NCBI GenBank assembly: GCA_001775755.1 | Contig: MEYF01000099.1 | Coordinates: 5,739 to 69,738 of the forward strand | DNA from: Candidatus Aminicenantes bacterium RBG_19FT_COMBO_65_30 | GTDB taxonomy: Bacteria > Acidobacteriota > Aminicenantia > Aminicenantales > Saccharicenantaceae | Reading direction: 5' to 3' | DNA: 64,000 nucleotides | Part shown: positions 36,253-46,189 of the stretch, piece after piece | Layout of the letters: each line of letters opens with the position of its first letter | Position numbering within the stretch: the first letter of the stretch is position 1 | The notes under the pieces: model-generated | What the model was told of the DNA's origin: nothing | The model's database searches: none | Seen by the model: only the letters and a program-made list of their open reading frames with translations | Position numbers and translations under genes: made by a program

Positions 36253-36288
36253 GGGAATTTTTTTTATGATCCGGATTCAATTTTTTGG

Positions 36289-39138
36289 ATGCCGATGAAA
36301 AGATCGCTCGTCTTCGTCCTTGTCCTTCTCCTCGCCGTCCTCGCCCTGGGGACGATAAACGTCTACCGGAAGGCGATATGGAGAGACATCACGGACGGCA
36401 TCACCTGGAAGGCCACGGCGAGCGGCCTGCGGGCCATCCGCGTCGACCCGGCCAGCGAAGCCTTCCTGCGGGCGGGCATTCGCAAGGGGGACATCCTCAC
36501 CGCGATCAACAAGGTGCCCGTGCGGACGAAGATCGACGTCCTCAAGAGCCTCTGGCAGGCCGCCGCGACCGACCAGAGCGTCACCTACCAGATCAACAAA
36601 GAGGGGATGCAGATCTACCCCACCTTCTATCCCCAAAAAAAGGCCGCCAACCCCATCTATTATTATCTCGTCCTCGTCGGCGTGACCACTCTCGTCATAG
36701 GCCTCGTCGTCTTCCTCAATTCACGGGGGCCGATGTCCCTCCCTTACGTGTTCTTCTATCTCCTGGCCCTGGCCTTCGCCGCGTTCATGGTCTTTTCGCC
36801 GACCGGCGAGTTGACGGCGCTCGACCTGGTCTTCCACGGATTGGACAAGCTGGGCTTCCTGGCCTTCCCGCCCCTGCTCCTGCACTTTTTCATGATCTTT
36901 CCCCTGCGCAAGCGCTTTCTCAAGAACCGATCCGACGTGTTCCCCTTCCTCTACGCGCCCGCCGCGCTCCTCCTTCTTGCCCGGCTGCGCCTGCACGTCC
37001 CGCTCCCCCATCCATGGAGCGAGGCGGCGGCCCTCCGCTACCAGGACGGCCTCGAACGGCTCGAGCTCCTCCACTTCGCGGCCTTCGCCCTCATCACGTT
37101 GTTGATCCTGGCCCACAGCACTCGCCGGGCCCCGAACATCCTGGTCAAGAAGCAGCTCCGCATCATCGTCTACGGACTGGGCTTCGGCGTCCTCCCTTCG
37201 ACCGTCTTCTACCTCGCCCCCTTCGTCGCCGGAGGGCGGCCGTCCACGGGCGCGGAACTGACGGTCCTCCTCCAGGCCCTCATCCCCCTGTCTTTTTCCT
37301 ACTCCATCTCCCGCTACCGGCTGGTCGACATCGAGGTGTTTCTGAAAAAGGCGGCGACCCTGACCTTCTCCTTTTTCGTTATCGCCTTCGTCTATTTCTT
37401 CGTCAGCTCCCGGACCCGGATCTTCTCGGAGAACCGGCTCAACACCATCATCCTCGGCATCCTGGCCATCGTCCTCGGGGCAACGCTGTTCACGCCGCTC
37501 AAGCGGCTCTTCCAGGGCCTCTTCGACAGGGCCATATATAAAAGGAGCTATGAGTACCGGAAAACCCTGCTGTCCATCACCCGCGACCTCAGCCGTGAAC
37601 GGAACCTCGAGAAGCTCGCCCAGTCCCTCCTCGAGGCCATCGCCAACGCGCTGAACTTGAAAACCGTGGCGCTCCTCCTGGCCGACGAAAACGACCGGCG
37701 GGGCTTCAAGGTTCTCAAGACGAAGGGCGAGGAGGCGGGCTTGCCCGGCCGGATCGTCCTCGACGACTGGCTGGCCGGGGCGCTCCGGGAAAGGGACACC
37801 CTCGCGTTCGTCTCGGCCTCCGAATCGGAGCCCGCCCGGGCGGCGATGGAAAAGCTCTCGGTCCTCGGATTCTTCCACGTCCTCCCGCTCAAGGTCGAGG
37901 ACGAGGTCATCGGCTGCCTGGTCATGGGGAAGAAGCTCGACGGGTCCTTCTTCTCGCGGGAGGACTGGGAGCTGTTGACGACGATCTCCGGCTCGGCCGC
38001 CCTGGCCCTGGAGAACGCCGACCTCTACGGCCGCGAAACCGTCCGGGCGCTGGAGATGCAGAGGCTCAAGGACTACAGCGAGAACATCATCGAGAGCCTG
38101 ACCGTGGGCGTCTCCGTCATCGACGAAGAGGGGGTCGTCATCGGCTGGAACAGGGTCCTCGAAGACCAGGTCTCCGTGCGTAAGGAGGCCGCCCTCGGCA
38201 AGAGGCTCCAGGACGTCCTGGGCCCGGCCACCTTCGGCGTCCTTTTCCCGCAGGAAGGCCAGCAGGGCCTTCGGCTCCTCAGCGAGATCACGCTGGAGAC
38301 GGCCGGCGGCGGGAAAAAGATCTTCGACATCGCCCGGACCCCGCTCCTCGACAACGCCCTTCGGGCCTACGGGACCATCATCGTCTTCGAGGACATCACC
38401 GACAAGATCCACCTTCAACAGCAGCTCCTGACCTCGGAGAAGCTGGCCTCGATCGGCCTGCTCTCGGCCGGCGTCGCCCACGAGATCAACACGCCCCTGA
38501 CGGGGATCTCAAGCTACATCCAGATGCTCCAGAAAAAGCTCACCGACACCCACTACGCCCAGATCCTGGAGAAGGTCGAGGCCCAGACCGACCGGGTTGC
38601 CCGGATCGTCAAGAACCTCCTGACGTTCGCCCGCAGCCCCTCCGACGCCTCGTTCCTGCGCGTCGACCTGAAGCAGAGCCTGGAGGAGATCCTGTCGCTC
38701 ATCGACTACAAGCTGAAGAACATGAACATCCGTCTCGCCCTCGAGCTCGCGCCCGTCCCCCCGTTCTACGCCCAGGGCGAGAGGCTCCAGCAGGTCTTCA
38801 TCAACATCATCCTCAACGCCTTGGACGCCATGCCCCGGGGCGGAGATCTCTCCATCCGCCTGAGCCTGGAGAACGGGGCCGCGGTCGTCCGCATCGCGGA
38901 CACCGGAACGGGCATCAAGCCGGAGCACCTGTCCCGCATCTTCGACCCCTTCTTCACGACGAAGGGCGTCGGCAAGGGGACCGGGCTCGGCCTGTCCATC
39001 AGCTACGCCATCATCAAGGAGCACGAAGGCCATATCGAGGTCCAGAGCGAAGTCGGCCGGGGGTCGATGTTCACCATCACTCTGCCGGTCGGCCGGGACG
39101 GCTCCCGGAGACCAGGGCCCCCGGCTCCGAGGACATGA
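36289..39138 (+). CDS. Multi-domain sensor histidine kinase (periplasmic PDZ-like domain, multi-TM region, GAF, PAS, HisKA, HATPase)
   Basis: H-box GVAHEINTPLTG; the G1/G2 boxes DTGTGI...GTGLGLSI. 949 aa. Confidence 0.85.
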   Translation: MPMKRSLVFVLVLLLAVLALGTINVYRKAIWRDITDGITWKATASGLRAIRVDPASEAFLRAGIRKGDILTAINKVPVRTKIDVLKSLWQAAATDQSVTYQINKEGMQIYPTFYPQKKAANPIYYYLVLVGVTTLVIGLVVFLNSRGPMSLPYVFFYLLALAFAAFMVFSPTGELTALDLVFHGLDKLGFLAFPPLLLHFFMIFPLRKRFLKNRSDVFPFLYAPAALLLLARLRLHVPLPHPWSEAAALRYQDGLERLELLHFAAFALITLLILAHSTRRAPNILVKKQLRIIVYGLGFGVLPSTVFYLAPFVAGGRPSTGAELTVLLQALIPLSFSYSISRYRLVDIEVFLKKAATLTFSFFVIAFVYFFVSSRTRIFSENRLNTIILGILAIVLGATLFTPLKRLFQGLFDRAIYKRSYEYRKTLLSITRDLSRERNLEKLAQSLLEAIANALNLKTVALLLADENDRRGFKVLKTKGEEAGLPGRIVLDDWLAGALRERDTLAFVSASESEPARAAMEKLSVLGFFHVLPLKVEDEVIGCLVMGKKLDGSFFSREDWELLTTISGSAALALENADLYGRETVRALEMQRLKDYSENIIESLTVGVSVIDEEGVVIGWNRVLEDQVSVRKEAALGKRLQDVLGPATFGVLFPQEGQQGLRLLSEITLETAGGGKKIFDIARTPLLDNALRAYGTIIVFEDITDKIHLQQQLLTSEKLASIGLLSAGVAHEINTPLTGISSYIQMLQKKLTDTHYAQILEKVEAQTDRVARIVKNLLTFARSPSDASFLRVDLKQSLEEILSLIDYKLKNMNIRLALELAPVPPFYAQGERLQQVFINIILNALDAMPRGGDLSIRLSLENGAAVVRIADTGTGIKPEHLSRIFDPFFTTKGVGKGTGLGLSISYAIIKEHEGHIEVQSEVGRGSMFTITLPVGRDGSRRPGPPAPRT

Positions 39139-39141
39139 ACC

Positions 39142-40533
39142 ATGAGCAGCAAAGGCATCATCCACATCATCGACGACGAGCCGGTCATCCACGACGTCCT
39201 GGCCCAGCTGCTGACGTCGGAGGGCTACGAGGTCGAGATCTCGGGCTCGGGGGAAGAGGCCTTGGAGAAATTCCCTTCCCAGTCCTTCGACGTCATCCTC
39301 CTCGACCTCCTCATGCCGGGGATGGACGGGATCGAGACCCTGCGGCGGATCAAAAGGTTCGACCCCCTGGCCCCCGTCATCATCATCACCGCTTATGGCT
39401 CGGTCGAATCGGCCATCTCGGCCATGAAGATCGGCGCCCTCGACTACGTCCAGAAGCCCTTCAAACACGACGACCTCCTCCTAGCCGTCGAGAAGGCCCT
39501 CGAGCGCAAACGCCTCCAGGATGAGAACCTCCGCCTCAAGGACGAGCTCCGGCAGCGCTTCGGCTTCGCCAACATCATCGGCAAGAGCGAGGCCATGAGG
39601 GACGTCTTCGAGCTGGTCAAAGCGGCCGCCCCGACGCGGAGCACGATCCTCCTCCAGGGCGAGAGCGGCACCGGCAAGGAGCTCGTCGCCCGGGCTATCC
39701 ACATGAATTCGAATCGGGCCGACGCCCCGTTCGTCACCGTCAACAGCGGATCGCTTCCGCCCGACCTGCTCGAGAGCCACCTCTTCGGGCACGTCAAGGG
39801 AGCCTTCACGGGCGCCGTAGCCCTGAAGAAGGGCCTGTTCGAGGCGGCCGATCGAGGGACCATCTTCTTCGACGAGATCTCCTCCATCAGCCTCGAGACC
39901 CAGGCCAAGCTTCTCCGGGTCATGCAGGAGAAGGAATTCATGCGTCTCGGCGGGACCCAGACGATCAAGGTGGACGTCCGCATCCTCGCGGCCACGAACG
40001 CCGACATCGAGGAGCTCATCGTCCAGAAGGCTTTCCGCAAGGACCTCTTCTACCGGCTCAACGTGATCAAGATCGAGATCCCGCCCCTTCGCGAGAGGAA
40101 GGAAGACATCCCCCAGCTCGTCAAGCACTTCGTCGAGATCTACGCCCGCGAGAATCAAAAGGACGTCGAAGGGGTGAGCGAGGACGTCCTCGAAATCCTC
40201 GACGCCCACGCCTGGCCGGGGAATGTCCGCGAGCTCGAGAACCTCGTCGAACGGGCCGTCGTCCTGTCCCGCTCCAACGTCATCACCCGGACCTCCCTCC
40301 CCCCCTTCCTGCTCCGCGCCGACGGCGTCGACGACGAGGCGCTGATCGCCTCGGAAGAGTCCCTGGACCTCAGGGACCGGACCCAGGCCTTCCAGAAAAA
40401 GGTCATCCTGGCCGCGCTGAAAAAGACGAAGGGGGTCCAGAACAAGGCCGCCAAGCTCCTCGGGGTCAAGCCGACGACACTGAACGAGATGATCAAGCGG
40501 CTCCGGATCGATACGGGCAACTTCCCCGCCTAG
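39142..40533 (+). CDS. Sigma-54-dependent response regulator (NtrC/PilR family)
   Basis: REC domain (DDEPVIHD...LLDLLMPGMDG), AAA+ GESGTGKE, GAFTGA motif, and a C-terminal Fis-type HTH. Confidence 0.9.
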   Translation: MSSKGIIHIIDDEPVIHDVLAQLLTSEGYEVEISGSGEEALEKFPSQSFDVILLDLLMPGMDGIETLRRIKRFDPLAPVIIITAYGSVESAISAMKIGALDYVQKPFKHDDLLLAVEKALERKRLQDENLRLKDELRQRFGFANIIGKSEAMRDVFELVKAAAPTRSTILLQGESGTGKELVARAIHMNSNRADAPFVTVNSGSLPPDLLESHLFGHVKGAFTGAVALKKGLFEAADRGTIFFDEISSISLETQAKLLRVMQEKEFMRLGGTQTIKVDVRILAATNADIEELIVQKAFRKDLFYRLNVIKIEIPPLRERKEDIPQLVKHFVEIYARENQKDVEGVSEDVLEILDAHAWPGNVRELENLVERAVVLSRSNVITRTSLPPFLLRADGVDDEALIASEESLDLRDRTQAFQKKVILAALKKTKGVQNKAAKLLGVKPTTLNEMIKRLRIDTGNFPA

Positions 40534-43160
40534 GTGAACTTCCCGGGCACGGCCTTATCAGGATTGACGCGGATCTTCTCGGGCCGTCGCGGCAGGGTCA
40601 GGGAGATCTCCTCGGTCGTCTCGTCGACGACGACCTTCGTCCGGCCGGTCTCCCCGGCCCGGGTCCACTCGATCCAGAGAGGGAAGATGAACCGGCCCTT
40701 GACCTGGGTCACCCGGAAATCGAGGCGGACGCCCTCCGGGACAGGCGTCTCAGTCCAGGTCGTCCGGACCTCGGGCAGCTCCCAGGAAGAGAACCACCCC
40801 TGGAAAAACGCCTTCAGGTCCTGTCCCGAAGCGGACTCCATGGCGGCGATGAACTCGGCCGTCCGGGCCGCTCGGAACTTGTGTTTTTCGAAGAACGACC
40901 GGAGCCCGGCTTCGAACGTCTCCCGGCCGATGAGGTCTTGGAGCATGAACAGGGCCAGGGCGGCTTTGTTGTAGACGATGGACTGGTAGGCCTGGAAATC
41001 GTGGTAGCTCAAGCGCGAGCCCATGACGATCGGTCCCCGGAAGGATTTCTTCTCGGTCCAACGGGCGAACTTCTTCAGGATGGAGGCGAATGCGGCCTCC
41101 CCGTGCTTGCGCCGCAGGTAGGAGGCCGCCGCGAACTGCGAGAGACCCTCGCTCAGCCACTGGTCCTTGTAGGAGTCGAAGGATACCCCCTGGCCCCACC
41201 ACTGGTGGGCGATCTCGTGGGCCAGGAAATACTCCTCCCACGCCGACAGGTCGACGGGCGTGTCGACCGGCCTCGGAAAGCCGGTGTCGCCGACCCAGGG
41301 GACCTCGTTGATGACGATGAAGGAAGCCGGGCTGTGTCCTCCGAAGACCGGCCAAAGCCTGAAAACGATCCCCAGCTTCTCGTAGGGGTACGGGCCGAAG
41401 GCCCGGCCGTAGAAATCAAGGATGTCGGCCGCCTGGTCGACGATCGCCAGCCGCGAATCCAGGATTTCGGACGATACGTAGCCGGTGACGGGCACAGGGC
41501 CTGCCCGCTCCTTCTGCTGGTCGAACTTGCCGACGATGAACGATAGGTATTTCACGGGCGAGCGGGAGACGAAGGTGTAGACGGGGCTTCCCGCCTTCTC
41601 GATCGCGACGACGTCGTCCAGGTCTTCCCGGCGGCCCTTGGCCACCAACTCTCCGTTGGCGACGCACTTGTATCCAGGGGGAATGACGAGGGTCAGCCGG
41701 GCCAGGAAGTAGTCCTCCGCAGCCGGGCCCGGGTACCAGAATCCGGCGTGGGTGAAAAAGTACGTCTCGTACCGGGGCCCCCTGCGAATATTGACGTTGG
41801 TCCCGGACTGGGCGATGACATCCGTCGAGGGGGCCGCGGGCAGCATCCGCCCGCGGTAGAACACCTCGATCGCCGTCGGGACTTTCGCGACCAGAGGGGA
41901 CAAAAAATAGACGTAGAGGATCTTGCGGAGCTTGTCCCACGTGTAAAAAAGCTCCCTATTCTCCTCGTCCGTGATCTTGAGGATCTCGAAGTCGGGATTG
42001 AAGCGCAACTTGATGCTTTCAAGGAGATCGACACTGGGGACGACCTCGATGCGGGCCTTGCCCGAGAGATACGACGACGCCGGGGAATAGCTGAGATCGA
42101 GCGCGCAGGCGCTGATGTCGAATTTCTCCGCTAGGGAGATGAACAGCCGTTTCAGGGGAGGGCCCGACGCCGGGTCCGGGCTGTAGAGGCTGATGAACCG
42201 CTCCTTGCCGCGGTCGTAGAGGCTGACCTCGTCGCTGGAGAACGGGTAATAGATGTAGGACAGCTCCCCGGCTTTGCGGGCCTTGAACTCCAGGACGGCC
42301 TCGTCGCCCTGGGGAAGGAAGGACAGGAGGTTTTTGCTGTGCGAGCTTTCGATGGTGAACGACCGGGAGTAGTTCCTGGAGAAAACCGCCGCGGCCCTGT
42401 TACGCTCGACGTCGGACACGGCCGGAAGCCCGTCGCCCGTCTCGACGCGGATGTTGGAGGCGAAGAAGCCCGATGAGCACCGGACGTAAAGGGATTCGAC
42501 GTCGTCCTCGATCCGGTTTTTCTTGTAGAGGAGCTCCAGCTGGTGCTTCTCGTTCAGGTCGCCGGGCGAGAAGACGACCTTCCCCTTGCCGACGATGACC
42601 AGCGCCGTCTCGAGGCCGGGGATGTTGTCGTAGAAAACGGCGGCGTCGGCGAAGGTGAAGCGGATGTCCGCGTGGGTGACCTCGACCCGGCGGGCCCGCT
42701 GCGCACGCTCCGAGGGGATGCTGATCTTGTACAGCCGGGTCCTGTTCCCCGTGACGTCCAGGCGGACGACGGACCAGGACGCCTCGCGCCTCTCGAGGGT
42801 CAGCGTCCACGATTCGATGGCCGCTGAGTGGGCGTTCTCGAAAAACGCCTGCAGGAACGCGCGAGCGGGACCGTCCGCGGCGCTCTGGACGCCGGCCGTA
42901 CGGAGCGACACCTCGGTCATCTGGAGATCATCGAAGAACGCCTCCAGCCGGGCCTGTTCGGCGGCGCGAATGTCCGGCGCGAACGCCTGGAGGTAGGCGG
43001 GAAGGTCCCCGGTCCGGAGAAGCCCCTGGATCCGGTCGACGAAGGCCCCCGGGGTCTCCGCCGATAAAGCGGAAGCGCCCGCCTGTCCGGAAGCCGGACC
43101 GGGAACGAGGAAGGGGAGGAGAAGAACCCAGATGACCGCTTTCTTCACGGCTGCCCTCAT
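40530..43160 (-). CDS. Secreted M1-family zinc aminopeptidase (aminopeptidase N-like) with a long N-terminal extension
   Basis: Signal peptide, the HEIAHQWWG zinc motif, and the downstream WLSEGLSQF. 876 aa. Confidence 0.85.
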   Translation of the reverse strand: MRAAVKKAVIWVLLLPFLVPGPASGQAGASALSAETPGAFVDRIQGLLRTGDLPAYLQAFAPDIRAAEQARLEAFFDDLQMTEVSLRTAGVQSAADGPARAFLQAFFENAHSAAIESWTLTLERREASWSVVRLDVTGNRTRLYKISIPSERAQRARRVEVTHADIRFTFADAAVFYDNIPGLETALVIVGKGKVVFSPGDLNEKHQLELLYKKNRIEDDVESLYVRCSSGFFASNIRVETGDGLPAVSDVERNRAAAVFSRNYSRSFTIESSHSKNLLSFLPQGDEAVLEFKARKAGELSYIYYPFSSDEVSLYDRGKERFISLYSPDPASGPPLKRLFISLAEKFDISACALDLSYSPASSYLSGKARIEVVPSVDLLESIKLRFNPDFEILKITDEENRELFYTWDKLRKILYVYFLSPLVAKVPTAIEVFYRGRMLPAAPSTDVIAQSGTNVNIRRGPRYETYFFTHAGFWYPGPAAEDYFLARLTLVIPPGYKCVANGELVAKGRREDLDDVVAIEKAGSPVYTFVSRSPVKYLSFIVGKFDQQKERAGPVPVTGYVSSEILDSRLAIVDQAADILDFYGRAFGPYPYEKLGIVFRLWPVFGGHSPASFIVINEVPWVGDTGFPRPVDTPVDLSAWEEYFLAHEIAHQWWGQGVSFDSYKDQWLSEGLSQFAAASYLRRKHGEAAFASILKKFARWTEKKSFRGPIVMGSRLSYHDFQAYQSIVYNKAALALFMLQDLIGRETFEAGLRSFFEKHKFRAARTAEFIAAMESASGQDLKAFFQGWFSSWELPEVRTTWTETPVPEGVRLDFRVTQVKGRFIFPLWIEWTRAGETGRTKVVVDETTEEISLTLPRRPEKIRVNPDKAVPGKFT

Positions 43161-43283
43161 GATGACATCATTCCCTGACCGCCGCCTGCTGATAAAGCCG
43201 ATTTTATGCCAAGGGCGGGAGGCCTCTGCCCCCAGAGAGGACCTTGGTTCCCCATATGGCCGGGGCGTGGGGGGGGTTACGGA

Positions 43284-43302
43284 ACGTAAAATAGTTTTAC
43301 GT
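43284..43302. promoter_or_regulatory. Perfect palindrome ACGTAAAA-TAG-TTTTACGT in the M1-peptidase upstream region
   Basis: Seen directly. Confidence 0.3.
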
Positions 43303-43310
43303 CGGGCAGG

Positions 43311-43619
43311 CTATTTCTTGAGCTCGCGACCCAGGGCATCTTCGACCTCCCGGACCTTGCCTTTGATCCTGTCGTCCGTCTTCGCCCGGTCGTCGATGGT
43401 GATGTGGGTGTCGACCCTCGAGGCCTGGCCGCGCATAGTCTCATGGCACCGCCGGATGAGACCCAGGACCTCCTCCCACTCCCCTTCGACGATGGTTCCC
43501 ATGGCCGTCAGCTGGTAGGGCAAGCCGCTCTTGTCCACGAGATCCAGGACCCGGGCGACGAGCCCGGCGAGGGCCTCGCCGCGGCCGATGGGCACGACGC
43601 TGAATTCGACGATCATCAT
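43311..43619 (-). CDS. MTH1187/YkoF-family (UPF0045) protein
   Basis: 102 aa MMIVEFSVVPIGRGEALAGLVARVLDLVDKSGLPYQLTAMGTIVEGEWEEVL... Confidence 0.65.
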   Translation of the reverse strand: MMIVEFSVVPIGRGEALAGLVARVLDLVDKSGLPYQLTAMGTIVEGEWEEVLGLIRRCHETMRGQASRVDTHITIDDRAKTDDRIKGKVREVEDALGRELKK

Positions 43620-43628
43620 CGCTCCGCT

Positions 43629-44084
43629 TTAATTCTTGTCCTTGTCGCGGTCCTTCTTCTGGCCCGTTTTTTTCAGCCGCTCCTCCCAGGTGATGAAGCT
43701 GTGGTAGAAAACGGCGTCGCCCTCGTCGATGCCCCGCGTGATCTCGGTGATGTGCGAGGTCTCGGCGCCGAACGCCTCGACGGCATAGATGACGGCCTTG
43801 TCGGGCTTGACGGTAGCGCCGCAGGTGTAGATGTCCAGAGCCGCATAGCCCATCTCGGGCCAGGTGTGGGTGGAAATGTGGGACTCGGAGATGACGACAA
43901 CGCCGCTGACGCCCATGGGCGGGAACTTGCTGAAGGAGATCGACCAGACGTGCGCGCCGGAGATCTCGGCTGCCCGGACCAGGATCTGCTGGACCTTCTC
44001 GACGCTGCCGATGATCTTCGGATCGCAGCCGGACGCCTCGACGATATAGTGGTGCCCGATCGGGAAATGGGTTGTTTTCGCCAT
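43629..44084 (-). CDS. speH: S-adenosylmethionine decarboxylase proenzyme (class 1A, SpeH/SpeD)
   Basis: The ESHISTHTWPE processing-site motif. 151 aa. GGAGA RBS. Confidence 0.85.
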   Translation of the reverse strand: MAKTTHFPIGHHYIVEASGCDPKIIGSVEKVQQILVRAAEISGAHVWSISFSKFPPMGVSGVVVISESHISTHTWPEMGYAALDIYTCGATVKPDKAVIYAVEAFGAETSHITEITRGIDEGDAVFYHSFITWEERLKKTGQKKDRDKDKN

Positions 44085-44114
44085 CGCCTTCTCCTTCGCC
44101 GATTTAAAAATTGA

Positions 44115-44141
44115 TTATGGCACAACTGGGGAATCTGTCAA
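44115..44141 (-). promoter_or_regulatory. Sigma70 promoter TTGACA-16-(TGc)CATAAT for speH
   Basis: Minus-strand sequence ccTTGACAgattccccagttgtgcCATAATcaa. Confidence 0.45.
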
Positions 44142-44181
44142 GGATGGCCGCGACGGCGAGCGGGAGCCCGGCGGCCGCGGC

Positions 44182-44625
44182 TCACACGGCGACCCGGGGC
44201 TCTTCCTTGACGACGTTCAGGACGATGTGGGTGACCGTGCGGTCCACGTGGGGAATGTCCAGGAGCCCCTTGATGAAGCCGTTGAGGTCCTCGCGGCCGG
44301 TGAAGCGCCCGACGATGAACGAGTCCCAGTCCCCGGTGACGTCGTAGACGGCGGCCACATGGGGGTCCTGGGCGATTTTCTTCTGGGTCTCCAGGAGCTT
44401 GCCCTTGGAGAAGCGGACCGCGACGATGGCCGCGAGGGGAATGCCGAAGTATTCCGGGTCGACGACCGGGACATAGCCCCTGATGGCCCCCGCCGCCTCG
44501 AGCTTCTTGACGGTACGGATGACGACCGTGGCCGAGGTCCCGACCTCCTTGGCCACCTCCCGGAAGCTCTTGCGGGCGTTGGCGTTGAGGATGCGAACTA
44601 TCTTCCTGTCCAACTCTTCGATCAT
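44182..44625 (-). CDS. Lrp/AsnC-family transcriptional regulator
   Basis: MIEELDRKIVRILNANARKSFREVAKEVGTSATVV (HTH) plus a RAM domain. GGAGG RBS at 44631-44640. Confidence 0.8.
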   Translation of the reverse strand: MIEELDRKIVRILNANARKSFREVAKEVGTSATVVIRTVKKLEAAGAIRGYVPVVDPEYFGIPLAAIVAVRFSKGKLLETQKKIAQDPHVAAVYDVTGDWDSFIVGRFTGREDLNGFIKGLLDIPHVDRTVTHIVLNVVKEEPRVAV

Positions 44626-44779
44626 GGGCGGAACCTCCAATTATCCAGTATAATATCATAATTATTGATATATGTAAATATTTTTTTTTATTATCTTGAC
44701 AATTGAACCATTTTCATCTTAATTATATGACATTAGAAATGCGCCCCCCAGGTCGTCGGGCGCGGGAGGAGAATGACAT

Positions 44780-46189
44780 ATGGCCCAGACAATGGTCGAC
44801 AAGAGCTTCAAGGCCTTCGGGACGAGGGACGAGAAGGACGTCCTTGGGATCGTCCGCGACCCGGCGAGCGACGTCCGGTTCATCCGGCTCATCTTCCCCG
44901 ACATCCTGGGGCGGCAGCTGGACTTCTCCATCCCGGCGTCGGAGCTGCCCACGGCCTTCAAGGAGGGCAAGGGCTTCGACGGCTCGTCGGTCGCCGGGTT
45001 CGTCCGCATCGAGGAGTCCGACCTCGTCATGAAGCCCGACCCGCGGACGTTCCGGATCCTGCCCTGGACCTACGAGGGCTTCGCCGGCGACATCCGCTGG
45101 CGCGAAGCCATCATGTTCGGGGAGATTCTGACGCCCGACGGCGCCGTCTACGAAGGCGACAGCCGGGCCGCCCTCAAGCGTGTTCTGGACCGGGCCCGGA
45201 AGGAGCTCCGGATCGACGACTTCAAGTGCGGGCCCGAGCTCGAGTTTTTCATCTTCCCGTCGAGCGACGCGCCCGCGCTCACGGACGTGGGCGGCTATTT
45301 CATCAGCGGCCGCTACGGCGGGATCCGCAAGGAGGTCCAGCTCCTCCTCCACCGCATGGGCATCGCGACCGAGTACGACCACCACGAGGCCGCCCACAGC
45401 CAGCATGAGATCGACCTCCGCTTCGAGAGCGCCGTGGACATGGCCGACACGGCCATGGTCTTCCGCTACATGGTCAAGAAGGTTTGCCGGATGCATGGGC
45501 TTTACGCCACGTTCATGCCCAAACCCATCAACGGCCAGAACGGCAGCGGCATGCACGTCCACCAGTCCCTTTGGCGCGACGGCAGGAACCTCTTCTTCGA
45601 AAAGAACGGGCCGTATCATCTCTCTCTCCTCGCCCGGCGATACGTGGCCGGGCTCATGACCCACGCCCGGGAGATCTCGGCCGTCCTCAGCCAGTGGGTC
45701 AACTCCTACAAACGCCTCATCGAGGGATACGAGGCCCCCGTCTACATCGCTTGGGGCCAGAGGAACCGGTCCGCCTACGTCCGGGTCCCGGAATACCAGC
45801 CGGGCAAGGAGCGGGCGACGCGCATCGAGCTCCGGGCGGCCGACCCGGCCTGCAACATCTACCTCGCCTTCGCCGTCATGCTGGCCGCCGGCGCCGAGGG
45901 CATCCGGAAGAAGTACGACCTCGTCGACCCCGTCGAGGAGAACATCTACCACATGAGCGGGACGCGGCAGAAGAAGTTCGAGATCCGGATCCTGCCCCGC
46001 GACCTCGAGGAGGCGGTCCGGACCATGGAGAAGAGCGCCGTCGTCAAGGACGCCCTGGGAGAACACATCTTCGCGAAGCTCGTCGCCAACAAGCTCAAGG
46101 AGGTCGAGGAATACGGCCGGAACGTCTCCGGCGAGTTCGACAAGCAGGTCAGCGACTACGAGATCCGCCGCTATCTCCCCGTCCTCTGA
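44780..46189 (+). CDS. glnA: Glutamine synthetase, type I
   Basis: 469 aa with GS beta-grasp and catalytic domains (KPINGQNGSGMHVHQSLW, NSYKRL). An AT-rich promoter region lies upstream. Confidence 0.85.
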   Translation: MAQTMVDKSFKAFGTRDEKDVLGIVRDPASDVRFIRLIFPDILGRQLDFSIPASELPTAFKEGKGFDGSSVAGFVRIEESDLVMKPDPRTFRILPWTYEGFAGDIRWREAIMFGEILTPDGAVYEGDSRAALKRVLDRARKELRIDDFKCGPELEFFIFPSSDAPALTDVGGYFISGRYGGIRKEVQLLLHRMGIATEYDHHEAAHSQHEIDLRFESAVDMADTAMVFRYMVKKVCRMHGLYATFMPKPINGQNGSGMHVHQSLWRDGRNLFFEKNGPYHLSLLARRYVAGLMTHAREISAVLSQWVNSYKRLIEGYEAPVYIAWGQRNRSAYVRVPEYQPGKERATRIELRAADPACNIYLAFAVMLAAGAEGIRKKYDLVDPVEENIYHMSGTRQKKFEIRILPRDLEEAVRTMEKSAVVKDALGEHIFAKLVANKLKEVEEYGRNVSGEFDKQVSDYEIRRYLPVL

